A stretch of 64,000 bases of DNA from Candidatus Heimdallarchaeota archaeon (GTDB lineage: Archaea; Asgardarchaeota; Heimdallarchaeia; Hodarchaeales; Hodarchaeaceae). Each line of letters starts with the position of its first letter. Position 1 is the first letter of the stretch. The stretch lies in assembly GCA_048881705.1 (NCBI GenBank), contig JBHLSH010000002.1:18009-82008 (forward strand), in the 5' to 3' direction. This document shows, piece by piece, positions 10,091 through 18,947 of the stretch. The notes below the pieces were generated by a model. It saw only the letters and a program-made list of their open reading frames with translations. It was not told the origin of the DNA and did not search any database. Made by a program: the position numbers and the translations under genes.

Positions 10091-10492
10091 TTAAACTTCT
10101 TTTTCCAAATGTGCAAATAACTCATGAATATTGCCATCGGGGTCTGCAAAAAAAGCGGTTCGCTGATTCCATGGCATATTCTCTGGTTCCTTAACAGGTA
10201 TCGCTCCTTTCTTAGTAATATCATCATAAACTATGTCAACCTCTTCTGGGGAGTCCAAAATAAATGCTAATTCAAAAGATTGACCACGACGACCCTCGGA
10301 GTAACTTTGGTGTTTTGTGGCTTCTTTCATTACTGATCTGGTTGTCAATGCAAATCTCACAGTTTCAGCATGAAACTCCACATACTGTTCCAATTGTAAT
10401 TGGATCTGAAATCCTAACACGTTTTTATAAAATTCCGTGGCTCCCTCTAGATCATCAGTAATTACCGATATAAGGTCTATTTTAGGTTTCAA
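10091..10492 (-). CDS. VOC/glyoxalase family protein
   Basis: FYKNVLGF and PWNQRTAFFADPDGNIHEL. Start placed at TTG 10492 after GAGGTG (10501-10506); the ORF track extends to 10549. Confidence 0.9.
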   Translation of the reverse strand: MKPKIDLISVITDDLEGATEFYKNVLGFQIQLQLEQYVEFHAETVRFALTTRSVMKEATKHQSYSEGRRGQSFELAFILDSPEEVDIVYDDITKKGAIPVKEPENMPWNQRTAFFADPDGNIHELFAHLEKEV

Positions 10493-10616
10493 TAATTTTA
10501 CACCTCTATCCTGTGGATTCCCATAACCGTTATTAGTGTCCCTACCCATAAGACGAAGTTTTCGTAAATCGGATTAATAATTCTGGATAATTTCCCAAAA
10601 TTCTGATCTAGAATTC

Positions 10617-11366
10617 CTATTTTTCCTCAGATACCACAGATCTGATCTTCTTTAATTCAGACAACATCTGTTTTCGAAGAATCGCAATACCTGTCGCTCT
10701 GTCTTCCTCCCCAGCTGATCGCTTGGAGCTTTTAAGAGGACTAACTGGGGACGGAGGGGTCGGTTTGGTGACACCAGGAAACGAAATTTTTGGTATTGAA
10801 GGACTTAAATGTTGTTTTTCTGGCATGGGAGGTTTTGAAAGGCTTGATGGTGGTGATGAAGGAGTAGGCGATGGAGTGGTTGGTTTGGAGATAGGGGGAG
10901 TCTCTGGAAACGAAAAGCTAATTTCGGGTCGAGACGTAGCTGGGGTGGAAGTAGTCGAGGGGGAAATTTTGGTTTCAGGTGCTGCAGCTCTTGGAATAGA
11001 AGGACTAGGAGTCGGTTCTGGAACTGGAGCGGGTTGTAAAGGTTCAGATGGTGGTACCTCCCGTTCACGAGGCGTTTCTTTTGACTTCCCTCCAAAAAGC
11101 CTAGTCACTGAATCGAATGTTGGGATATCTAAGTCTCTAATCTGCTCAAATTGAAACTCCCGGGAAACTTTTTCAAGTGTCGTAGAAGTGATATGGCCTT
11201 CAAGAAGGCTCTCCTTTAACATATGTTCAAATCGGAGCGCGTTAACTTGAAATGCATATACCACGTGGGCATACTCTTCAAGAGGGAGGTCTCGAAGTTT
11301 GAGGGAGGTATCAAATCGAAAATCTCGTTGCGTCTTGTCTGTCTTTCTCCTAAACAGCTTTACCAA
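10617..11366 (-). CDS. Hypothetical protein: folded N-terminal domain, Pro/Ser/Thr-rich linker, C-terminal amphipathic helix
   Basis: 249-aa ORF with TTG start, about 110 aa of P/S/T-rich sequence, and C-terminal EEDRATGIAILRKQMLSELKKIR. Confidence 0.75.
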   Translation of the reverse strand: MVKLFRRKTDKTQRDFRFDTSLKLRDLPLEEYAHVVYAFQVNALRFEHMLKESLLEGHITSTTLEKVSREFQFEQIRDLDIPTFDSVTRLFGGKSKETPREREVPPSEPLQPAPVPEPTPSPSIPRAAAPETKISPSTTSTPATSRPEISFSFPETPPISKPTTPSPTPSSPPSSLSKPPMPEKQHLSPSIPKISFPGVTKPTPPSPVSPLKSSKRSAGEEDRATGIAILRKQMLSELKKIRSVVSEEK

Positions 11367-11958
11367 GGTTGGTCAATCCTCGAGCCTATAATATACCGAC
11401 GAAAGGGTATAGTTCAATTTCTCGACGTTAAATCTTAGGATGGATATTCCATCCAATTATCATCAAGAGAGTTTAATAATTATATACTTTTATTATTATA
11501 CATTCGAATTGTGCTGCTACTCCTCTTCCAGTATTAAGGTTGAATAGGTGCATTATTCTTCTAGCTAAGATTAAAGCGTGTTTATCTAATGATTGATTTT
11601 GTTTGTGACCTTTTCGCGCTATCTCCCATACCTAAAGACAATGAATTAGGACACACTTGAACATCCTTATCCTCCCGGAAATCCAATCTACAAAGATATC
11701 AAAATTCCATCTATGACAATTAATCATCTAGTACGACCGCTTCTACTGTTTAAAGATCCTATACATTCTCCATTCACGATGAACTACTGAAAGGAGCAAT
11801 AAATAAACGTTCTAGAGTTTTACATTATTCTCTGCTGCACATCTTGAAAAGGAAGTTGAAGGCGTAAATAATCAACACCAAAAGTTAAAAAGAGAAACTA
11901 GGGCCAACCATTTCACAGGATAACACCTTGAATTATCGTAAATACTGAGGTATTACAT

Positions 11959-13023
11959 GTGTCCACAGCTAGAATAGTATTGGTCGGGATTGGTAACGCC
12001 GCTTCATCGCTTACCCAATCTTTGGTTTATTATAAAGATCGTCCCAGTGGGACAAAATATGAAACCATTGGAGATCTTCGGATAGGTGATATTGAAATCG
12101 TATCCGCTTTTGACGTCGTTAAAGGAAAGGTCGGGAAAGACCTGGGGGAAGCGATCTTTGCAGAACCAAATGTCGCTCCGAAATTTATTGATTTCGAACG
12201 CCCGACTGGGGTTGAAATAAAAAAGGGCCCTACGCTAGATGGGATATCACCATTACTCGCAGAAACCATCGAATTAAGCTCTGCATCAGATGTGGATATT
12301 GTTAAGGAATTAAAAAACGCTGAGGCTGATATAATGGTTTCTCTATTACCCACAGGCGCTCAACAGGCTACGTACGTTTATGCGGAAGCTGCCATAGCTG
12401 CCGGCCTGGCTTTCATCGAAGCTGCTCCAACACGTATATGTTCCGATGACAAATGGGTTAGGAGATTTAAGCAGGCTAATTTGCCCGTTGTCGGAGACGA
12501 TCTTCAGTCTCAGATCGGAGGAACCCGTATTCATAAAGGAATTCTAGAGATGCTAGACTCATTTGGCGCAAAGATAAAGAACACTTACCAGCTTGATGTC
12601 TCAGGAGGGAGTGAAGGAATGAATACCTTGTATACTGAAAGACGGGAAGCGAAACGGGAAATTAAAACGCAATCAATTAAACGAACCCTTCCTTATCTTT
12701 CAGACAACGATATTGCATCAGGTACCACTGATTATCTGGATTTCTTGGAAAATGAACGGACGGGATATTTTTGGATATATGGTAGTTATTATCTGGACAC
12801 CCCATTCAAGATTGACGTGACAGTAAAGACATTAGACGGCCCTAATGGTGCGGGAACTCTGGTGGATGTTATCCGGGCAACCAAACTCGCATTGAGGCAA
12901 GGTATTGATGGTCCACTCATATCAGTATCAGCATACGGATTCAAGTACCCTCCTGTTCATATCGGAGAGCACGATGCGGTGGCTCGATTTGAGCAGTTTA
13001 TTACAGGTGAGAGGCCAGATTGA
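11959..13023 (+). CDS. ino1: myo-inositol-1-phosphate synthase
   Basis: IVLVGIGNAASSL, VGDDLQSQIG and DGPNGAG motifs; GTG start with GAGGT at 11947-11951. Confidence 0.9.
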   Translation: MSTARIVLVGIGNAASSLTQSLVYYKDRPSGTKYETIGDLRIGDIEIVSAFDVVKGKVGKDLGEAIFAEPNVAPKFIDFERPTGVEIKKGPTLDGISPLLAETIELSSASDVDIVKELKNAEADIMVSLLPTGAQQATYVYAEAAIAAGLAFIEAAPTRICSDDKWVRRFKQANLPVVGDDLQSQIGGTRIHKGILEMLDSFGAKIKNTYQLDVSGGSEGMNTLYTERREAKREIKTQSIKRTLPYLSDNDIASGTTDYLDFLENERTGYFWIYGSYYLDTPFKIDVTVKTLDGPNGAGTLVDVIRATKLALRQGIDGPLISVSAYGFKYPPVHIGEHDAVARFEQFITGERPD

Positions 13024-13066
13024 TATTAATCCACGTCAAATCGAGGAACCAAAGTTTGGGTTTGAG

Positions 13067-13351
13067 GTGTTGAAATCATTAAAAATTTTCGTATCAGGCA
13101 GAGTCCAAGGTGTCTTCTTTAGATCTTATACCAAGAGATTTTCGGAAAGACTTAACGACGTTACAGGTTATGTGAAGAATCTGCATGATGGAAGAGTAGA
13201 GATTTATGCTGAAGGATCCGAAGCTTCTCTTCGTGCTCTTGCAGAATGGGCTAAGATCGAGGGTTCCCCAGCATCTAAGATACAAGGAACGGAAGAAATC
13301 TGGGAAGATTTACCAACACGAAAGTTTGGCGACTTTCGAATCACATTTTAA
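13067..13351 (+). CDS. acyP: Acylphosphatase
   Basis: VSGRVQGVFFR and GYVKNLHDGRVE signature motifs. Start is approximate (GTG 13067 or TTG 13070), inside ORF 12905..13351. Confidence 0.92.
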   Translation: MLKSLKIFVSGRVQGVFFRSYTKRFSERLNDVTGYVKNLHDGRVEIYAEGSEASLRALAEWAKIEGSPASKIQGTEEIWEDLPTRKFGDFRITF

Positions 13352-13555
13352 AAGAATTATTTTTCATTCATTTTTTTCATATGCTCCAACCGAGATTTTT
13401 CGGTCAGACGAGATACAGGTTTTTATGTTGAGCCTACTTCAACAATTAATCCCCTTCGGCCAATAACCTTTGGACTTTGTTTTCCAACATACAGATAATG
13501 AACTGGCTCTTAATCGCAATAAGTTAAAAACTTCGGTTTTTCAAACAGAATTTAG

Positions 13556-14494
13556 ATGGTTATTAGAATGGAAAGATCAGTGGAATACGAGGCACGAATC
13601 GTTTGTGATGCCGATTGCCGAGTATGTGTCGCAAAGAGAGAGAAGGATGTAAGTACTGAAGGAGGAGACATCCTCCACTTTTGTCGCTCCTGTCAAGAAA
13701 AATATCTCTGTCCCGTTATCTTACCAGCTACCGCGAGAGGGAGGGAATATCAATGTCCAAAATGTTCTGAAAAATTGACGGAAATGACCCTAGAGCGTGC
13801 TCAACAAATGGGCCTAGCCTTTGGAGTCCAGCTCACCCGTATTAAACCTGAAAGACGTCCAGTAGAAGAAATCAAACGAACATGGTTTTATTCACCTTCG
13901 GACCAAGGAGTCCTTTCTGAAAACTATGTAAAGGATTTATTGAATTACAAGAGCTTGGGGGTTTCCCAGCTCACGGATTTGATGTACCACGCAGATTTTT
14001 CGTACCGTCCTGAAGCCTACCTTGAAAAACGACGTATGCTATGGGATATATTTGCCAAAAAGCCGCAGATTATTAGATCGCTTCACAACAGCTTGATCAC
14101 TCGCTCAGAGCATCGCCGTGTCGACCTAGTTATTCGGACGCTAATGCAACACGAGACGTTGGGATGTACTTATATTAGCTCCATTATACCCAAGCATCTT
14201 GCAGGAACTATAGATCTCATTGGGATAGATCAGAAAACTGGGGGACTTGTGTGGATTGTTGTTCACGAAGATCGAATAGATGAGCAATTGATCAATACGC
14301 TCTTCAATGAAATCTTAAGCGTTCCTCCTCTCGAATTTATGGGTATTGAGCGTTTAATCTTGCTCACCAGAAAATGGATATGGATGGCGGCCGAAATTGC
14401 CCGCCGACAGGGTAAGATCTCAACTCGATGGAAACAGCTAACAATGGAACTATGGGAAGAAACTCAAAATTTTAAGCTGCAAAAGCTCGCGTAG
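13556..14494 (+). CDS. Hypothetical protein: Cys-rich Zn ribbons plus degenerate PD-(D/E)xK (NucS/Mrr-like) fold; start may be ATG 13568
   Basis: CDADCRVC, CRSC and CPKC; C-terminal GTIDLIGIDQKTGGLVWIVVH. Confidence 0.7.
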   Translation: MVIRMERSVEYEARIVCDADCRVCVAKREKDVSTEGGDILHFCRSCQEKYLCPVILPATARGREYQCPKCSEKLTEMTLERAQQMGLAFGVQLTRIKPERRPVEEIKRTWFYSPSDQGVLSENYVKDLLNYKSLGVSQLTDLMYHADFSYRPEAYLEKRRMLWDIFAKKPQIIRSLHNSLITRSEHRRVDLVIRTLMQHETLGCTYISSIIPKHLAGTIDLIGIDQKTGGLVWIVVHEDRIDEQLINTLFNEILSVPPLEFMGIERLILLTRKWIWMAAEIARRQGKISTRWKQLTMELWEETQNFKLQKLA

Positions 14495-14710
14495 CTAAAG
14501 CCATCAGGTATCAATGGAATAGTATCAAGGATCGATTACGAACGAAAATGCGCTTTTGTTGACACATTAAAATTTTAGGTTTAGTTGCCTATAGGGCGCC
14601 CCAATCAGAGGTTCAAACAGCAAACGCAAAGAATTACTAAGAGAGTATATATTTATAGAAAAAGAGTGGAATACAAGAAAACCTGGGAGGCGCGTCTCGG
14701 AAATTTTTCC

Positions 14711-15277
14711 TTATGTCTGTTGTTGCTGGCGCTCCACATAATCTAGGTATGTATTCCCCAGCATATCAAATGCTGCAGATACATTTAAACCCGTTTTAGC
14801 AGAAGTAGGCATAAATTTTACTGGAAAACCTGATTCCATAGTTTTCTTTGAAAGATTTGTTGAAAATTCCTCTGCTTGGCCATCGGTAACGTGGTTAGGA
14901 AATTGTTCTCGCAAGTCTACCTTGTTCCCCAGAAGAACGATCGGAATCATACCCTTTCCGTTGTGTTGGAAAATTTCATCAAGCCATGCTTCCAAATTTG
15001 TGAATGTATCAGGGCGAGTAACATCGAACACCAGAAGGGCACCCAGGCATCCATAATAATAGACACTCCGGACTGTTCCAAATCGGGGTTGACCCGCCAA
15101 GTCCCATATCTGAAATTTGATGGATTTATCCCTGATTGTAGCTTCTTTGAGTGCAAAATCGGCTCCTATGGTCATCATATAATTGCTGGAGAATCCTTTC
15201 CCAAGGTAGCGCTCTCGAAGGGCGGTCTTACCGACTGCGCCATCACCAGCGAGTACTATCTTCATTAAGAATGACAT
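14711..15277 (-). CDS. Rab-like small GTPase (Ras superfamily)
   Basis: G1 GDGAVGKT, G2 T, G3 WDLAGQ, G4 NKVD, G5 SAK; RabF-like IGADF, KFQIW, RFGTV, YYYG and LVFDVT. Confidence 0.95.
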   Translation of the reverse strand: MSFLMKIVLAGDGAVGKTALRERYLGKGFSSNYMMTIGADFALKEATIRDKSIKFQIWDLAGQPRFGTVRSVYYYGCLGALLVFDVTRPDTFTNLEAWLDEIFQHNGKGMIPIVLLGNKVDLREQFPNHVTDGQAEEFSTNLSKKTMESGFPVKFMPTSAKTGLNVSAAFDMLGNTYLDYVERQQQQT

Positions 15278-15439
15278 GGTTATACCTCATTAGAATATAG
15301 TATGAAATGTATGAATTGGATGGTTCAGAGGGATAAACCCCCGTTCTAATTGACTGCCGGGGGGTATTGTATTGATTAATCATATTCTTTTATGTCGATA
15401 TTTAAAGCTGATTATTTGTTTGAAATAAATCTTCCGCAG

Positions 15440-16138
15440 CTAAACAGCGATTTGCTCGATGGAGTTCACAACACGGGCACCCGAAAGAGTCGGGATCGTG
15501 GCGGTGCCCATGAGGAGAAAAATGTAACGGTCTTTTGCGAACTTTTTATAACCTTTAGTAAGGTAAGAGATAGTATCAACTTCAGATTCATCCATAACAA
15601 ACCAGATGGCCACGCGTTTCTTTTTGAATCCCCCTTTCTCGGCGATCAGATCAACGGGAGTAGCTTCGCTTGCGATCGCCCGAACATTCACTTGAACCTT
15701 GTACCCTGCCTTAGAAAATCTTGATCGGAGCGCAGCGGTCAATAAATTAGCTTTTACCTCCCCTGCTTTTCGTAGGTATTTTTCTCCTTCAAATTGTTGA
15801 CCCAAACGGTCAAATGCTCCTGCCATCTTCCGAAACACACGGAAGAGGAGTTCGTTAGGGTCGACAGCGGTAGGGGGAAACTCTAACGTTTCTAATTGCG
15901 TCATCGCCGCGACTAGGTGGCTCAAAGCTTCTTGATCCTGCTGCTCAAGAATCTTCGTATCTGCCAAACCTTCTTGTATCTCAGATTCCAGCAATAAGCG
16001 ATCAGTCTGGCTGAGTGCATCAGGAGGCTGAGATCTAAGAGTTTCGAGAGCATTGGTAAGAATCCTATTAGCCTGCTCAGTCTGTTTCGCAACTATGAGT
16101 TTCTTGGCTTCTTTAAGTGATAATTCAAAATCCATCAT
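15440..16138 (-). CDS. TPR/SNAP-like helical protein with C-terminal degenerate restriction-endonuclease (Mrr-like) fold
   Basis: Helical repeats (GLADTKILEQQDQEALSHL; MAGAFDRLGQQFEGEKYL), then FSKAGYKVQVNV...PVDLIAEKGG...VAIWF. Confidence 0.65.
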   Translation of the reverse strand: MMDFELSLKEAKKLIVAKQTEQANRILTNALETLRSQPPDALSQTDRLLLESEIQEGLADTKILEQQDQEALSHLVAAMTQLETLEFPPTAVDPNELLFRVFRKMAGAFDRLGQQFEGEKYLRKAGEVKANLLTAALRSRFSKAGYKVQVNVRAIASEATPVDLIAEKGGFKKKRVAIWFVMDESEVDTISYLTKGYKKFAKDRYIFLLMGTATIPTLSGARVVNSIEQIAV

Positions 16139-16345
16139 AATTCAACTCGGGTTATAGCGAAACCATATCCCGTTTTTGATAAATTTCTGCTATTAGGGGA
16201 ATTCTAGATCCTCCATTATAATCTTCTTCCGCGCATACGGAGGTACCTAAAATCGTTCCTATTGACTATCAAGTACGGTAGTGACCTAACGATAAAGTTC
16301 CCAGTTCTTTCAGATTCCAAATCCTTTCAATAGGGAAATAGCTTG

Positions 16346-17071
16346 TCATTCCCTGTTTACAAGGCGCGAAATTCGGGTAAGATATGTCTCGATGCTATGT
16401 TTGGGTTTTAGGGCAACTAAAAGGATTCTCTCCGCATCCATGGTGTAGAGGAGGAGTGTATTAGTTTTTCCAGTCACTGCAATACTTTGTGCAGTTCCAC
16501 CCATGACTTTTGTAGGTAAACTTAAAGCTGAGGAGACTGCGGCCAATTGCGCGGGGTCAACGTCAAGCCCAGCTAAAAATTCGCTCAGTGGAGCCCCGAC
16601 GGTTGTGAAGATAAGGATAGCTTCAGCTTCAGGAATAGAACGTTTTAAGCGCTCAATCAAGCTGTCTTCTATGTCAAGGGTCTTTATAATCGCATTGATA
16701 TGATCGGCGGCTTCTCGAAGCTGAGTTCGGAGCTCCGCCATTGGCGGTCGTTCTTCAAAGGATGACTTAGGAACAATGATTCTTGTAATAAGAATCGTGT
16801 CTCTTGCAAGAGTTGCCACAACGATAGCATCCTCCTGAAACACAATATAATCCAGGGGATGGTCATTTAAATTTTCATTCATGAATTTCTCAGATATGGC
16901 TAATGCACTGGTGACGGCAGCGGGCAGAACATATAGTTCATCCCCAACAGTTGACCTCCTGGTTCGTTCAACGAGAGGGGAACCATCTAGTGCGGCCACA
17001 ATGCATTGATAGACATGCTGGTTCTTAAACAATTTATCTAGGATTTTCTCGATTTCTGGATTATCAATCAA
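16346..17071 (-). CDS. Tandem Roadblock/LC7 (MglB-like) domain protein
   Basis: Two Roadblock-pattern units: IVAALDGSPL...LPAAVTSALAIS and PEAEAILIFTTVGAPL...DPAQLAAVSSAL...AVTGKTNTLLL...ILLV. Confidence 0.8.
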   Translation of the reverse strand: MIDNPEIEKILDKLFKNQHVYQCIVAALDGSPLVERTRRSTVGDELYVLPAAVTSALAISEKFMNENLNDHPLDYIVFQEDAIVVATLARDTILITRIIVPKSSFEERPPMAELRTQLREAADHINAIIKTLDIEDSLIERLKRSIPEAEAILIFTTVGAPLSEFLAGLDVDPAQLAAVSSALSLPTKVMGGTAQSIAVTGKTNTLLLYTMDAERILLVALKPKHSIETYLTRISRLVNRE

Positions 17072-17281
17072 TGCTGAATTTCACCTTTTGGCAAGATATT
17101 TTTTCGGACTCGGAAGATCTGGGCTTGTCTCGTTTAAAAACCTGACGATTTCAATGTCCTGAGACTCAATTGAAGAGTACTTTGTGAGTTCGGTAGAAAC
17201 CTAGGTTAGGCCTTTCTCTCCTACTAATAATGCTCATACCATATTTAGTCTAAATATGTCATCGGGACACCGAAATGTCGT

Positions 17282-18364
17282 TTAAGCTGAAAACAGTTCG
17301 TTTAGAAATTCGGGTCTATAATCTCCACTTCTATGGATCCCTAAGGCTTCGTCTGTTTTCTTTATACATTGTCCAACATTAGTTTCCATTGTTAAAACGG
17401 CGCGGATGGCATCAACGGTTTCAGGAATAGGTATCGATTCCATATGAACATCGTAAATCAGGTACAGGTTTTTTTGAGAGTCTAAATTCAATGTCTCTTC
17501 CCAAATAAAGACCTCTGGACGGTCATACCTAGGCCTTCCCAAATCACGAAAATACTCTACTAGTTGGGCCGAATCGTACAATCCTTGACGGCCTGGTTCA
17601 ATGAGAATACGAGGCATCTGTTTGAATAGGTTGATTACTTCCTCACGGTTTAGTTCGGATGGCATGGTAACTTTCAGCATATGGACGTGGGAGAGGGTCC
17701 AGCTCCCTGCGATAGCCAATGAATAGATTTTGTCTTTCATCTGCGGCATAACAGTTACAAGGTCGGGACCATGATGCGAAACTCCAAGGACGGGGGTTAC
17801 AGCATTGATTGGGCCACGGTTTGTTCGAGCTGGATCTCCACCTCGCCGTGCAAGGGCAACAAAGGCTTCTGAAACTCCAAACTTATGTGCTAAAGATGCG
17901 ATAATTCGCGTTAAAGCGGTTGTATTACAGGAAACTACCCGAGTTTGGCCTACTCCGATGTTTTCTGCATAATTGCCAAAGGTTGAAAAGGAACGGTTAG
18001 TTAATGAATGGCTTTCGCCCCCATGCACAATGAACTTAACTCCATGTTTCTCATAAAGAGGAATATTGTTACGGGGAACTCCAGAGGGAGTGCAATCAAC
18101 CACTAAATCAACGCCTTTGACCAGATCTTCGAGAAATCCCACAATTTCAAATCCTGTTTCCCGCATTTTCGGAGCAAAGTCAGGTACACTGCAATATATT
18201 GGATAACCACGTTCAACAGCGATTCGAAGGCGAACATCAGAGATGATATCGGCTATGCCAGCCAATTCCATGTCTTTTTGAGCATAAACTGCGTCTGCAA
18301 CCCTTTTTCCAATAATTCCATATCCAACAACCCCGATTTTTGCTTTACCATTCATAGGACTCAC
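17282..18364 (-). CDS. gap: Glyceraldehyde-3-phosphate dehydrogenase, archaeal type II
   Basis: KIGVVGYGIIGKRVADAV, VVDCTP, catalytic VVSCNTT and SHHGPD. Confidence 0.93.
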   Translation of the reverse strand: MSPMNGKAKIGVVGYGIIGKRVADAVYAQKDMELAGIADIISDVRLRIAVERGYPIYCSVPDFAPKMRETGFEIVGFLEDLVKGVDLVVDCTPSGVPRNNIPLYEKHGVKFIVHGGESHSLTNRSFSTFGNYAENIGVGQTRVVSCNTTALTRIIASLAHKFGVSEAFVALARRGGDPARTNRGPINAVTPVLGVSHHGPDLVTVMPQMKDKIYSLAIAGSWTLSHVHMLKVTMPSELNREEVINLFKQMPRILIEPGRQGLYDSAQLVEYFRDLGRPRYDRPEVFIWEETLNLDSQKNLYLIYDVHMESIPIPETVDAIRAVLTMETNVGQCIKKTDEALGIHRSGDYRPEFLNELFSA

Positions 18365-18374
18365 AACATTTTCC

Positions 18375-18743
18375 TCATAGTAAATCTGAGGATTTCCTCT
18401 CTTCGATAAGTCGCCTAAGGATTTTTTTCCCTTCCTCGGTCAGATAAAACATCCGAATAACAGTGGGATCAGCGATTTCAGTAATACTTTGCCCCAAATA
18501 GTCCAAAGTTTTCTTTACCATAGCAACATCGTGGGAAACAAATCCTATAGCTTCCAGCCAACCCAAGGAAAGCAGCGTTTTTTCAATCGTAAGCTCCGAT
18601 TTTTCCTGGATTTTTTTGTAAGTGACCCCACGAATCCCGGTGGCCCCATGATGCCCTCGATAAAATTCTTCAGGATTTTCTAATGCCAATATTACCTTCT
18701 TCTGATCGATATTCAGGTCTTTGATTGATGTCACATTTGCCAA
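18375..18743 (-). CDS. Winged helix-turn-helix protein (paralog A)
   Basis: YKKIQEKSELTIEKTLLSLGWLEAIGFV...RMFYLTEEGKK wHTH pattern. Confidence 0.7.
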   Translation of the reverse strand: MANVTSIKDLNIDQKKVILALENPEEFYRGHHGATGIRGVTYKKIQEKSELTIEKTLLSLGWLEAIGFVSHDVAMVKKTLDYLGQSITEIADPTVIRMFYLTEEGKKILRRLIEERKSSDLL

Positions 18744-18772
18744 CCACCGAAATAGGTTATTTTTGTGAATGC

Positions 18773-18790
18773 ATTACTGCAATCAGTAAT
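18773..18790. promoter_or_regulatory. 7-bp inverted repeat, possible operator
   Basis: ATTACTG-CAAT-CAGTAAT lies 30-47 nt upstream of the wHTH paralog A start. Confidence 0.3.
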
Positions 18791-18947
18791 ATGGAAAGTT
18801 TGGTTACCTCCATTTTCCTCTCTCTAATAAACTAGCATAGGGGTATAAGACACGGGTTGTGGTCTTCGATATGTGTTTGATGATGTGGGTAAATTTGATG
18901 GGAAGGGATCTCCTTTTCCAATTCCGAAAAAATGAGGGTTAGATCGC

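Noticed and set aside
9958-10227. Short ORFs 9958..10194 (+) and 10000..10227 (-)
   Set aside because: They overlap the VOC gene in other frames and show no recognisable motifs.
10723-11154. Gly-rich 143-aa plus-strand ORF
   Set aside because: It is the antisense shadow of the Pro-rich gene (CCN codons read as GGN).
11438-11454. GGATGGA-TAT-TCCATCC hairpin in the ~590-bp intergenic region
   Set aside because: An isolated 7-bp stem; no tRNA/sRNA features or ORF remnant found in the region.
12905-13066. 5' extension of the acylphosphatase ORF
   Set aside because: Overlaps the end of ino1; acylphosphatase homology starts near 13067.
14876-15268. 130-aa ORF antisense to the Rab-like GTPase
   Set aside because: Fully overlaps a gene with clear motifs; no motifs of its own.
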